From assembly GCF_009914755.1 (NCBI RefSeq), contig NC_060926.1: a stretch of DNA of 64,000 bases; one strand, 5' to 3'. Under the pieces are notes generated by a model. That model was not told the DNA's origin, did not search any database, and worked only from the letters and a program-made list of their open reading frames with translations. Shown here piece by piece: positions 1 through 60,255 of this stretch; the first letter of the stretch is position 1, and each line of letters starts with the position of its first letter. This DNA comes from the human T2T-CHM13v2.0 reference genome, Homo sapiens. The translations under genes were made by a program, and so were the position numbers.

Positions 1-540
1 AGGTATCCAAGGTGATCAATTTAGGACACTTCCACTGAAGAGATGTGAAGTGTAAGTTCAACTGAAGCATCATCGCAGTTGTGTGCCTTCTCAGTTATTG
101 GGCATGTTAAAGAGCATGATGAATGTTTGTAGTATAATTGTGTAAATCCTATTGATTTGTTGTGTGAAAGACATGTGGGATCATGTAGCACCTGCTTTGA
201 CATTGATTCTCAGGTGTGTGAGTTGCTCCTCTGATTTTAGATCACATTTGTTCTCATCACTCGGCCTAAGCACATTGATATTGACACGGTTTTATTTTAG
301 TTTTCGACATATGAGAAATCTTACCACGTTTGAAATTGTAAGGGTATATTTCATGGAGCCTGTATTCCCTTTTCTCAGTGTATTTGTGTCATTTTCTAGT
401 CCCCAGACACAAAGTAGAAGCCATCAAAGCCTATGCTAATACAGGCAGGAGGACAGAGGTTGATGCTAACTCTGCTTGAATGTATGGATATCTTTATCAT
501 ATTTACATATGACTGATTATGAATCACTTTTGCTTTTCAG

Positions 541-44757
<44,217 letters not shown>

Positions 44758-44810
44758 ATGAAGGTATGTTGCCAAAATTTATGAATTAAATTCAAATCAT
44801 TGATTTCTGA

Positions 44811-44862
44811 AATAAACTCTAAGTAGTGAACGGTATTCCCTCTCAATTGCTTGGTTAATAAA
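44811..44862 (+). promoter_or_regulatory. Two candidate AATAAA polyadenylation signals
   Basis: AATAAA at 44811-44816 and 44857-44862, 54 and 100 nt after the stop; the region is AT-rich so they may be chance. Confidence 0.4.
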
Positions 44863-45961
44863 TGCTACATTAAATATTTTTTCTTACACACATCTAGTGA
44901 AAGATGTGAAAACATAAACATTCATAGTGAAGGGTGTACTTATGCTTTGTTAATTCATCATGTTTCATAGCTTTAAAAAAATCGCAAGAAATCTGTGTAT
45001 CCCTTTTTTTCTGGCCCTACACTTTTCTTCTGCCACCCCTATAGACTATCAGCCTGCACACTGAAACTGTTCTCACAAAACAAAGGCATTATCAACTTCT
45101 CAAGGTTAAGGTAGTGATTTAAGGCTAAGAGACCCCACACTCGTGTGATAATAATTAGTTAAGCAATTACAGGTCACAAGCAGTCACTTGACCAGTGACA
45201 TTTTAAATCTCTAGTCATTGACTTTGTCATTGGTTTACTTTTGCCCCTGGGAAAAGTTGAAAATTCCTTAGCATGGAATCAAAACTCTCACATCAGTGTG
45301 GTTCTTGTCAAGTTATTCAGCCTTATCTTTCGCCACTTACCATACTCTACACCTTTGTTCTAGCATCCAGCCAAACTAGACTACATGGAGCTCCACAGTG
45401 ATCGTCTTCACCTCCAGCTGTTTGCATTTACTTCTTCCCTCTATCCTACATGTGTTTTCCTTCCCCTTCAGATATCAACCTATGAATTGCCTCTACCAAA
45501 AAGCCTACAATATTGACACAAACCTGGGCTAGTATCCCTTCTATGTCTTCCAATAAGTGCTGTCTTATGCTTGTCATTGTATGTATGACTCTGTATGGGA
45601 ATTGCCTGTTTGTTTTTTCAGATTATAGCATACAGTTGTTGAGGGGCGGACCGTATCATCTTTATCTTGTAATTCCAGTGCTTGTCCTAGTACCTTAGCA
45701 CATGGTTGCTGAATACATGAACGAAGAGTGAGAAACCAGAAGCTCTGATACTTAACTGCCATGATAATGAATTCGGTGTGCAACTATGGGCAAATTATAT
45801 TTAATAGTAATTGCATATTGTACATATTTTTCATTCTTATTAACACTGATAAGCTTTTCAGCATATACTGACTTTCTCTTAGTTAACTGTGAAATCATTT
45901 AGATAAAGAATATAATTCTTTTTCATTCTAACTTCTGAATTTAAATCTGAATCCTCTATAG

Positions 45962-46486
45962 CAGGGGTCCCCAACTCCCAGGCCACACACAGTTCCATGA
46001 CCTGTTAGGAAGCAGGCTGCACAGCAGGAGGTGAGTGGCAGGCAAGCGAGTGAAGCTTCATCTGTATTTCCAGCCACTCCCTGTTGCTCACATTATCACC
46101 TGAGCTCTGCCTCCTGTCAGATCAGCAAAGCCATTAGATTCTCACAGGAGTGAAAATCCTACTGTGAACTGCTCGTTCAAGGGATCTAGGTCACATGCTC
46201 CTTATGAGACTCTAATGCCTGATGATATGTCATTGTCTCCTATCTCTTCACGATGGGACCATCTAGTTACAGAAAAACAAGCTCAGGACTCCCATTGATT
46301 CTCCATTATGATGAGTTGTGTAATTATTTCATTATGTATTACAATGTAGTCATAATAGGAATAAAGTGCACAATAGATGTAATACGCTTGAATCACCATC
46401 CTGAAACCATCCCCCAAACCCCCATCTGTGGAAAAATTATCTTTCACAAAACTGCTGCCTGGTGCCAAAAAGGCTGGGGACTGCTG
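45962..46486 (+). mobile_element. MER1A-like hAT-Charlie DNA transposon
   Basis: Terminal repeats caggggtcccca...tggggactgctg; perfect 8-bp TSD ctctatag at 45954-45961 and 46487-46494. Confidence 0.88.
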
Positions 46487-46571
46487 CTCTATAGCTTCTG
46501 CACTAGAATCTACTAATGAGTAAAATTTAAATCAATAACTAGTTTTAAAAGCATAACAAGAATATGTGCTG

Positions 46572-46913
<342 letters not shown>

Positions 46914-47032
46914 TTACTAGGCTGTTAACATGATATTTTGTTTCCCGTTAAATGTGTGACATGCAAAAGTATTTATTAAATGAAAATATTTTTTATCTTT
47001 TATGTCTGATGAAAATTTATATCGTGTTTTAA

Positions 47033-47355
<323 letters not shown>

Positions 47356-50300
47356 TGAAAATCTTACTACCTAAATAACTTCCCACTCCACTCACACCCA
47401 CAATCTTTCTATAATCCACATTCTCTCCTGAGACAAGAGCTTGGGAAGTTCCGTCTTGCTGAGGGAACTTTATATTGTTCAGGAATTCTTTAATAAGGTT
47501 TTACATAGTTGGGGAAACCAGGGAAAAGCAGGTTTGTCACTGCTTTGCTGAGGAGCAGACTCACGTGCCTTGGAAGAATTTAGTAAACCTTCAATAGATG
47601 GCCTAAGATACTAACAGGGGCCATCTCATTAAGCTACACAGTTATTTATAAATGAAAGTATAATCTAGAACTTACATGTCAAAGTCTTCCACTAGAAAGA
47701 TGGCAATATTTGACTAAAACTGCAAAGTTTGTCCCAGTTGACAAAACTCTAATCAAGCCCCTGCCCTTCTCATTCTGTTTTTCCTTTTAAACTTTTTCTT
47801 ATATTTTAATTTTTCATTTGACAAATGCATATTTCCTCTTTATACCATGCTTCCAAGTGTCACTCTGATACATACCTTCAATGAGCAGACACAGGATTGT
47901 GGAGTTTGTTGTGGACACTCATCCCATGAATAGGGAGACTCCGATAACCTGAACAGACGGCTCTAGAAAAGAAAGGAAACTTTCTTTTCCTTCCATACAG
48001 AGCTTCCCCCCATTATTTCAGTGTACACAAACCAACATCAGTTCTTTAACACAAAAATAAAAATACTCAAGATCAAGCAATTGTGAGGGGAATCATCTTT
48101 CCAGAAGTCAATTCTTCTAGCGGCTACCTTCAGCATATACAACTTGAATAAAAAGAAGTTGGTCAAACGAGTAAAACTTTCCCACCTCATTCCAGTTCTA
48201 TCTACCCATTGACAACACCTTCGGTCTTCTCACAAATATTGAGTAGAAACACTGCCAACTCTTCACCTTTATCTGGCTCATTCCCAGAGCCAGGAGAAGA
48301 TGTGACTTATTTGGTGGATGGGAAATCTTATCCATTGGTCCCATCAAATCCATTGGTCCACGTTTGCCTATTAGTAAGGCAAACTTACTCAGTGATCAAT
48401 GAGTACATCTAGTCTCTCTTTCTCCTCTGGATTCTGAACAGGAGACTTGGAAGGCAGGTGAAGACCCTCCCTGCACTGGGTGGGTAACTGACTGTTCTTC
48501 AGATGAACTTTTTTTTGTTCAGGTTCTAAAGTCAAGGCTAGGGGGCAATATTAGAAGTCTTTTTTGGTCAACATTAAGCCATAGTTTCTAAATCAGCTTT
48601 AGGAGGAATAATGTATTTGGATATTGATCTGACCTTTTGTTTTTATTTCTAAGTTGGTTTGGCACTGAAAAAGGAGAGGTTTGTTATCAGTCCACACCCC
48701 TAATGCCCTGACATCCATGAATCCGTTTTAGTGGAATCCAGATCTCTAAGAAAGAGATATAAAATATTTGTTCCTATCCAACTGTGATTACTGTATTTCC
48801 AACTATGTTGCTGTCGGTAAGTAGAGTCTGCATACATGTTTCTGGTTCATATATGCCTAGGGTTCCAGAGCATTACATTTCCATCAAAATGTAGATCCCG
48901 AGAATGCCAGAGAGGGTCAGGCCGAGGATAGAACAGACAGTGATTTTCAGATACTGCAGTAGGAAGGTGGATCCATGTCTTGGCTGGTACTTGTAACCAT
49001 GAAGTGTGGGAAAGTAATGACCAGATTGAGTAAATGACCAGAAATTCAAAACTAAGCCACAAGAAATTTGTCTATTTCTGCTTTTGTTGACTGCTATCAG
49101 GGTTGCATCAAAAACAGTATTGCTGAGACCAGTGTTGTGGAGCTTTAACTCTATGTTTTCTTCTAGTAATTTTACAGTTCAGGCCTTCTATTTAAATCTT
49201 CATTTGGAGTTGATATTAGTATGTGGTGTAAGTTAAGGGACTAACTTTATTTTTCCTGTGGATATTCAGTTTTCTCAACACCATTTGTAGAACAGACTAT
49301 CCTTTAACCATTGTATGTCCTTGGCACCTTTGTCAAAGATAAGTTGACGTGTGTGGATTTATTTCTGGGTTTTCCATTTTGTTTAGCAAATTTGTCCATT
49401 TATATGCCACTACCATGATTACAATTGTTTTACAGTATGTAATAAAATTAGGTAGCATGCTGTCTCTAGCTTTGTTCTTTTTGCTCAAGATTATTTTGTC
49501 TATTTTAGGTCTGTTCAATACAAATGTCAAGATTTTTTTCCATTTCTGTAAAAGAATGGCATTGGAATTTTGATAGTGATTGCATCAAATATGTTGCTTT
49601 TGGTATTTTGTTCATTTTCACAATATTAATTCATCCCATCCACAAGCATGAATTTTTTTTTCATTTACTTGTGTTTTTAAATTTTTGTTCATTGGTGTTT
49701 TATAGTTTTTCATATACAGGACCTTTAATTTTTTGCTTAAATTTACACCTAAGTATTTAATTTCTGTTGCTATCATACTTGGGATTTTTAAAAAATTTCT
49801 TCAGGTAGTTTGTTATTTGTATACAGAAACACTTCTGATCTTTGTTAGATTATTTTGTATCCTGAAACCTTATCGAATTCATGCATCAGTTCTAACAGTT
49901 TTTGGTGGAATATTTAGGGTTTTCTGTATACAGGATCATGTTGTCTGCAATTAGAGATAATTTCACTTTTTTCTGAGTAGGATGCTTTTCTTTTCTTGTC
50001 TAATTGTTCTGCCTAGGAATTCCACTGTTAACGATGAAAAGAAGTGGTGAGACTGGTCATCCTTGTCTTGTCTCTGAACATGGAGGAAAAGCTTTCCACT
50101 TTTCACTGTTGAGAATAATGTTAGCTAAGAGCTTGTCATACACGGTTCTTTTTTGTGTCGAGATACATTTTCTCTACACTTAATTTGTTGAGAGCTTTCA
50201 TCATGAAAGGGTTTTAAATTTTGTCATGTGCTTTTTCTGCATGTATTGAGAGAATCGTATGATTTTTGTCTTTGACTTTGTTCATGCATTTTATCACATG

Positions 50301-50663
50301 TATTCATATGCATATGTTGAAACCAACTTGCATCCAAAGGATAAATCCCACTTTATCATGGTGAATGATTCCATTCATATATTCTTAAATTTGGTTGCTA
50401 ATGTTTTGTTGAAGATTTTTGAATCAGGGTTCGTTACTGACATTGGCCTAGTATTTTCGTCTCTTGTAGTGTCCTTGTCTGTCTTTGGTATCGGAATGAT
50501 GGTACCCTAATAAAATGAGTTTGGAAGTATTTCCTCTATTTCACTTTTTTGAAAGAGTTTGAGAGTAATTAGTATTAGTTCTTTAAAGGTTTGTCAGAAT
50601 TTAGCAGTGAAGCCTTCTGGTCCTATGCTTTTCTTTCATGGGAGGCTTTTAATTTCTGCTTCA

Positions 50664-50959
<296 letters not shown>

Positions 50960-52751
50960 TTCTGCTTCAATTTCCTTATTATTTATTAGTCCATTCAGAT
51001 TTTCTGTTTCTTCTTGATTCAGTCTTGGTAAGTTGTATGTTTGTGGAAATGTTTTTATTTCTTCCATGTTATCCAAATTGTTGGCATACAAATGTTCATT
51101 ATATGAACAATTGTAATCCTTTGTATTTTAGAGTTAAAAGTTGTAATTTCTCCTATTTCATTTCTGATCTTATTTGTTGGAATAGTCCTTTTTCTAGTTA
51201 GTCTAGATACGGATTGGTTGATTTTGTTTATCGCCTTAAAAAGAAGTTCAGTATTAATTCTTTCCATTGGGTTTCTCATATCTATTTTATTTATTTCCAC
51301 TTTAATCTTTGCTATTTTCTTATTTCTGCTAATTCTTGGCTTTGTTTCTCATCTAGTTCATTGAGGTATAATGATTGATTTAACTACATTCTGTAAGTTT
51401 TGGTATGTTGTGTTTTCATTTTTGTGTGTCTTAAAATATGTTTTTAAATTTTTTCTGTAACTCATGGGCCATTTATGAATATGTTAAATTTTGCTATTTT
51501 ATGTATTTTTCAAGATTTCTTCTGTTACGGATTTCTAGCTTTATGCCATTGGGATGCAAAAATTTTCTTTCTATAATTCAATTCTCTAATATTTGTTAAG
51601 ATCTGTTTTGTGGCCTAACATATGACATATACTGGAGAATGTTCCACCCACATTTCAGAAGAACAGGTACACTTCTGCTGTTGGATAGGATGTTCTGGGT
51701 ATATCTGTTAGATCCAGTTGCTCCAAAGTGTGATTCAAATCTAATGTTTCTTAATTTATTATCTTTCTAAATGATCTTTCCATGGTTGAAATTGGAGTAT
51801 TGAGGTCTCCTACTATTATAGTATTGCAGTATATTTTTCTCATGAGATTATTTAATAATTGCTTTATGAATTTAGGTCTTGTGACCTTGAGTGCATATAT
51901 ATTTACATGTATTATGTCTTCATGATGAATTAACTCCTTTATCGTTATGCAGTGAACCCTATCTCTTTTATAGGTTTTGACTTAGTTTATTTCTTTTAAT
52001 AGTAAGTATAGCTCCCCTGCTCTATTTTAGTTTGCATTTGCATGGAATATCTTTTTTCATCTTTTCAGTTTCAGCCTATATATGTCTTGACTGGTAAAGT
52101 GAGTCTCTTGTAGGCAGCACATGATTGAATCTTGTTTTTTATTCTATCCATTGAGATGCTCTATGTCCTTTTATTTGACAATGTAATGCACTTACTATCA
52201 AGGTAATTATTTATAGGGAAGGACTTGCTACTGCCACTTTGTAATTTTTTTTCTGATTGTTTTATGAGTTCTTTGTTCCCTTTTTCTCTCTTGCTGAACT
52301 ATTTTATAGCTTGATGGCTTTCTGTGGTGGTATGCTTTAAAATTTTGGATAAATTGCAAAATAAACTTTTTTATTTTGTGCAGTTATGATAGGTTTTGTT
52401 TTGTGGTTATCATGAAACTTACCTAAAATATCATATTCTTATAACAAACTACTCTAACAACTTCTGATAGCAACTTCTCTTTAATTGCATCCAAAAGTCT
52501 ACATTTTCATTCTCTCTCCCTTACAATTGTACAATTTTATGTCAAAACTTACCCTTTTAGTTCATACTTATATACCTTAGCAATTTATTGTAGCTACAGT
52601 TATTTTCAATACCTTTGTCTGCTAACCCTACTAGTAGGGATAAAATTGCTTTACAAACCACCCTTAGAATATTAGAGCATTTGGAACATGACTGTGTATT
52701 ACTGATAGCATTGACGCTTTTTACTTTTATGTGTTTTTTCTTACTATTTAG

Positions 52752-53208
<457 letters not shown>

Positions 53209-53891
53209 GGAACAGTATTGTTGATTGGCATTTTTGTTTGTTTGCTTGCTTGTTTGCTTTAGCATTTTGAATACATCATCCCTCTCTCGTGGACTGTAGG
53301 GTTTTCTGCAGAGAAATCCACTGAAAGCCATATTGAAGCTCCCTTGAATGTGATGTATTTCTTGTTTTTTTGCTGTTTTCAGTATTCTTTGTTTTTCATT
53401 TTTAATAACTTCATTGTGATGTGTGTTGATAAATGCCTCTTGGATTGAAATGGATTCATGACCTCTGCAGTTTTCATACCTCAATGTTGTCATCATTCTT
53501 CATGTTTGGGAAATTTTTAGTCATTATTTCATTAAATATGCTTTCTAGGCCTTTTTCTTTTTCTTCTCCTTCAGAAACTGATATTATATGAAAGTTGGGT
53601 TGTTTGATTGAGTCCCATAATTGCCATAGGCATTTGTTATTCTTTTTTGTTGTTGTTTTTCCCCGATGGAATCATTTCAAATGTTTTTTCTTTAAGCTCA
53701 CTGATTCTTTTTTTCTGCTAATAAAATCAGCTGCTGAAGCATTGTATTAAATTTTTAGTTTGTTGTATTCTCTATATCTAGAATTTCTATTTGTTTTTTT
53801 GTTATCATATCTATTTCTACTTCAGAACTATCATTCTGTTAATGAATTGTTTCCCAAATTTATTTTAGTATGTTATCCATGATTTCTTGTA

Positions 53892-54937
53892 CAGGCATAC
53901 TTCAGGGATATTGCAGGTGTGATTCCAGGCAACCACAATGTAATAAGAACTTGAATTTTTGGTTTTACACTGCATATAAAAGTTTTTTACACTATACCAT
54001 AGTCTATAAAGTGTGCAATAGCCTTATGTCTACAATTACATACTTTAAAAACTACTTTATTGCTAAAAATGCAAATGATCATCTGAGCCTTCAGTGAATT
54101 TCAATTTTTGCTGATAAAGAGTCTTTCCTCTGTGTTGATGGCTGCTGAATGATTAAGGTGGTGGTTGCTGCAGATTGAGGTGGTTGTGGCGATTTCTTAA
54201 AATAAAACAACAGTAAAGTTTGCTGCATCACTTGACTCCTTTGATGAAAGGTTTATCTGTAGTGTGCCATGCTGTTGGATAGCATTTTACCTCACAGTAG
54301 AACACCTTTCAAAATGAGAGTCGATCCTATCTAATGCTGCCACCGCTTTATCAACTCAGTTTGTATAATAAGATAGGTGTTTTTTTGTCATTTCAACAGT
54401 GTTTACAGTATCTTCACGAGGAATAGATTCCATCTCAGATGGATGGGCTATAAGAAACAACTTTTAGTACATTCAAGTTTGATCATGAAACTGCAGAAAT
54501 TCAGTCACAGGCTCAGGCTCCAGTTTTACTCTTAGTTCTCTCCCTAGTTCCATCACACTCACAGTTACTTCCTCCACTGAAGTCTTGAAACCCTGCAAGC
54601 TATCTATGAGGGCTGAAATCAATTTCTTCCAAACTTCATATTTTGACCTCCTCCAAGGAATCACAAATATCTTTAATTTCATCTAGAATAGTGATTGCTT
54701 TCTAAAAAAATCCAGATGATTTTTAATTTGCCTTGTGCAGATACACAGAAGAATCATTGTCTATGGCAGGTATAGGCTTACAAAATGTATTCTTAAATAA
54801 TAAAATGTCCTTGATCCATGGGCTTCAGAATGAATGCTGTGTTAGCAGGCATGAAAACAACATTAATCTATTTGTACAACTCCATCAGAGCTCTTGGGTT
54901 ATGAGTGCATTGTCAATGAGCAGTAATATTTTAAAAG

Positions 54938-54972
<35 letters not shown>

Positions 54973-55845
54973 TATATACATACACACACATACACGTATA
55001 CACACACACAAACACACACACACACACGTTTTCTGGACAATAGGTCTCAACAGTGTGCTTAAGATATTTGGTAAACCATACTGTAAACGATGTGTTTTCA
55101 TCCAGGCTTTGTTGTTTCATTTATAGAGTATAGGTAGCATAGGTTTAGAAGAACTTAAAAATGTAGCAGAATGGTAAATGAGTACTGCCTTTAATGTTTT
55201 AATGTAACCAGCTGCATTAGCCAGTACATAAAGAGTCAGCCTGTCCTCTGAAGATTAGAAGCCAGGCATTGACTTCTCCTCTATAGCTGTGAAAGTTTTA
55301 GGTATCCTCTTCTTCCAGTATAATGCTGTTTTGTCTACATTGAAAATCTGTTATTTAGCATAACTGCCCTCATCAATGATCTTAGCTAGATCTTCTGGAT
55401 AACTTGCTGCAGCTTCTCTATCAGCACTGGCTGCTTTACCTTGCACTTTTATGTTATGAAGATTCTTTTCTTAAACCTCATGAACCAACCTCTGCTAGCT
55501 TTAAACTTGTCTTCTGCAGCCTCCTCACCTGTGTCAGACTTCATAGAATTAAAGAATGTTACTAAGGCTTAGCTCTGGATTCAGCTTTGGCTTAGCGAAA
55601 TGTTGTGGCTCATTTGATTTTCTATCCAGACCACTAAAACTGTCTTCACATCAGCAATAATACCATTGTACTTATCATTTGTGCATTCACTGGAGTAGTC
55701 TGTTTAATTTCCTTTAAGAACTTTTTTTTTTTTGCATTCACAGCTTAGTTTACTGTTTGATGTAAGTTGCCTAGCTTTCAGCCTATCTGAGCTTTCAACA
55801 TGCTTTTCTCACCCTATTAATCATTTCTAGCTTTGTATTTAAATA
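53892..55845 (-). mobile_element. Tigger1 DNA transposon remnant (~2 kb)
   Basis: ta|caggcatac terminal repeat; ORF 54473..54682 (WKKLISALIDSLQGFKTSVEEVT...ELEPE-like) resembles Tigger1 transposase. Confidence 0.85.
54938..55028. repeat. Compound (TA)n(CA)n microsatellite
   Basis: Read directly from the sequence. Confidence 0.9.
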
Positions 55846-56519
55846 CTGGCATCATGGGGGCTAATGTGGCTTACAAAGTATAATTCATCTGGCAGATGGA
55901 ACCATAGTTTGACACTACCAGTCTTATGTCGGGTTCAACCCAGTAATAAATCCAAGCCTACCCATTCTTCCCGGAAGGAGCTTGATTATGCATTGAATCA
56001 AGCTCCCAGAAGGAGCTTGATTATGCATTGAAATTCTACAACCTCCGTGGTTAGTGCCCAAGGAACTGTTTTCTTAAGAACTCTGCTCTGTGAGTCGACA
56101 GGATTTTGTATTTTTGAATGTATTTAGACCATAGAAAACAAAGAAGTAAGCATACAATGGGCCCACATTCAGAAGCTATCTCCTCAGGATCAGAGGCTGC
56201 ATCCAGAGTGTGCATAGGTGTTTGTCACAGATCCTCTACCAAGCTTAATGGAGAGAGAGTGGGAGATAAATGTCCATACTAATCTTCATCATGTAGCTAG
56301 AAAGAACTGAAACACTCCTCCAGCCTTCTAACTTTCTAGCTACATCTGGATTGTCTGGCTCCTACCTTAACCAATTTCTGGTTACTGACAAGGCGTGGCA
56401 CATCCTAAGTTCCAGGGAGCCACCAAAAACAGTCAATACTAGAGCACACAAGGACTTGAGAGGTACCTGAAGATCTCTGGCTGGAAAGTTTGGTGAGATC
56501 CTTTTCCTACATGAGGCCA

Positions 56520-57160
56520 GTCTTATCAAATGCACGGGAACCAACAGAGAGAGTCGAGGAAAAATGAAGAAACAGGGAAATATATTCAAAGCAAGAAAAC
56601 AAGATAAATCTCCAGCACCTGAGTGAAGTGCAGATATGTAATTTATCTGACAGAGATTTCCAAATAATGGTCATAACAATAATCACTGAGGTCAAGATAG
56701 CTTTGCAAGAACAAGTTGAGAACTTCAAGAAAAGGAAAAACGTTATACAATAATGTCAAACAAATCATAGATCTAAAGTGTACTGTAACTGAACTGAAAA
56801 AATTTAATAGAGGTGTCCATTAATAGAATCTATCAGTGAACTTTGAGACTGGTCACTGGAAATTATCTAACCTGAGGATCAGAAAAAAAGATAATGCAAA
56901 CGGAGTGAAGACAACTTTAGAGAGTTATGGGACACCATCAAGCAGGACCACTCACACATTATTGGCATGCCTGAAGGAGAAGTGAGGAAGAAAGGAACGG
57001 AAAAGTGTTTAAAGGAATAATGACAGAGAATTTATCAAGCATGGGGAAGAAAACAGAAAGCCTGATCCAGAAAGCCCAAAGGAAACCAAATAAGGTGAAT
57101 CCAGGGACTCACAACAAGATACACTATAATCAAATTGTCCAAAGTTAAAGACAAAAAGAG
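56520..57160 (+). mobile_element. Old L1 ORF1-region fragment
   Basis: tcagtgaactttgagac...ttatgggacaccatcaagcaggacca...cctgaaggagaag...ataatcaaattgtccaaagttaaagacaaa. Confidence 0.7.
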
Positions 57161-57162
57161 AG

Positions 57163-57840
57163 TGATATTGTTTGCAAATTTGTACCCTCCAAATATTGTG
57201 TCGAGATTTGATCCCCAATGTTGGAGGTGGGACCTAGTGGGAGGTGTTTGGGTCATGGTGGTTGATCTCTCCTGGATAGCTTTTTGCCCTTTTTTCACTA
57301 ATGAGTGAGTTCTCACTGCATTACACGAAAGGTGGTTGTTTAAAACAGTGTGGCACCTCTCCCCTCTCTTCCTACCTCTCTAGCCATGTGTGTCATACCC
57401 GTTGTCTCTTCACCTTTAGCCACAAGTAAAAGCCTTCTGGGTCCCTGACCAGAAGCTGTGCAGATGCCACTGCCATTCTTCTTCTACAGCCTGCAAAACT
57501 GTGAGCCAAACAAACCTCTGTTCCTTATACCTAGTCTTATACCTGTTCCTTATACCTTATTACCTAGTCTCAGCTATTTTTTTATAGCAACACAAAAATT
57601 TGTGTTTTTCCGTGTTGCTCTTTTCTGTGTTATTCTGTGTTGCTAACACAGAAATTAGTACCAAGGAGTGGGGTTTTGCTATAAAAACACCTGATAATGC
57701 AGAATTTGCTTTGGAACTGGGTAATAGGCAAAGAAGACAGGAAGATGAGGAAACTTGTGGAACTTAATTAGACCTTGGTTAAGTGGTCGACCAAAATGAT
57801 AATAGGAATATGAACAGTGAAGGCCATGCTGTTGAGGTAC
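57163..57840 (+). mobile_element. MaLR MST-like LTR (to ~57650) plus start of internal sequence
   Basis: tgatattgtttg...atccccaatgttggaggtgggacctagtgggaggtgtttgggtcatgg...ctaacaca|gaaattagtaccaaggagtgggg. Confidence 0.8.
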
Positions 57841-58850
57841 ATAGAATACAACTTTCAAGAAGTGACTGCACCATTTTGCATTCCCACAAGCAATGAATGA
57901 AGTTTCCTCTTGCTCCACATCCTTGCCAGCGTTTGATGTTGTCAGTGGTTCTAGATTTTGGTTATTCTAATACGTGTGCAGTGGCATCTCATGGTTGCAT
58001 TTCTCTGAGGAAATATTATGTGTAGCCTCATTACATATGCTTATTTTCCATTTGTATAATTTACTTGGTGAGGTACTTGTTAAGGTCTTTAGCTCATGTC
58101 TTTTACTGCTCAGCTTTAAGAATACTAATATGTTTTGAATAATAGTTCTTAATCAGATACGTTTTGGCAAATTTTTTTCCATCTGTGGTTTCTCTTTTCT
58201 TTCAGTGTCTTTAATGGTGTAAAAATGTTACATTTTCATCAAGTCCAGCTTGTCAATTCTTTCTTCTATTGACTTCAACTTTGGTGTTTTTTCTAAAGGT
58301 CATCATTAAACCCAAGATAATCTGTATTTCCTTCTATATTATCTTCTATAAATTTTATAGTTTTTTGTATATTTATGTTGCTGATCCATTTTGAGTTAAT
58401 TTTGGTGGGGGTGTAAGGTCTGCAATTTATTTTTTTTTTGCATGTGGATATCCAGGTATTCCAGCAGCCCTTCCTGAAAAAACTGTTTCATCATCATAAT
58501 GCCTTTACTTTTTTGTCAAAAATTAATCGAATGTATTAATGTGTTTCTATTTGTGAACTCTCTATCTCATTTTATCCGTTTGTTCTTTCACTAATACCAC
58601 ACTGTCTCCATTACTGTAGCTTTAGGGTAAGTCTTGAAATTGAGTAGTGTCTGTCCTCCAAGTTTGTTCTTCTCCTTCAATATGGTGTTAGCTATTCAAG
58701 GTCTTTTGCCTCTCCATATAAACATTTTCATTTAGAGTAGAATTGCATTGAATCTATACATTGGAAAGAACTGACATCTTAATAGCATTGAATCTACTTA
58801 TGAATACGGTACATATCTCTTTTTGTTTCATTCTTCGCTTTCTTTCATCA
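57841..58850 (-). mobile_element. Old L1M ORF2 fragment
   Basis: ccattttgcattcccac...gctccacatccttgccagc...gatccattttgagttaattttt. Confidence 0.75.
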
Positions 58851-58965
58851 GATATGGACATTTCTGGAATTAAGAGCATTGAATCTACTTATGAATACGG
58901 TACATATCTCTTTTTGTTTCATTCTTCGCTTTCTTTCATCAGATATGGACATTTCTGGAATTAAG
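58784..58965. repeat. Perfect 91-bp tandem duplication
   Basis: 58784-58874 equals 58875-58965 on base-by-base reading. Confidence 0.92.
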
Positions 58966-59189
58966 AGCCCCCTCTACATTGAGCACAAGACAGTGACGAA
59001 TCCACATTCTTCAGCCAGAAAGTCACCTCTGAGAGCCAAATGTCTGACTATAGAAAGGAGAGTCAAAGAATGATAACGACATCTCAGGAAAATTGTGAAA
59101 ATAATCAGCAGCCGGATGTGGATAACCCTTTCAAATTTCTCCAGGGCACCTGTCATTTCAGCCAATACTTGCCAGCTTGTGCCAAGGAT

Positions 59190-60255
<1,066 letters not shown>

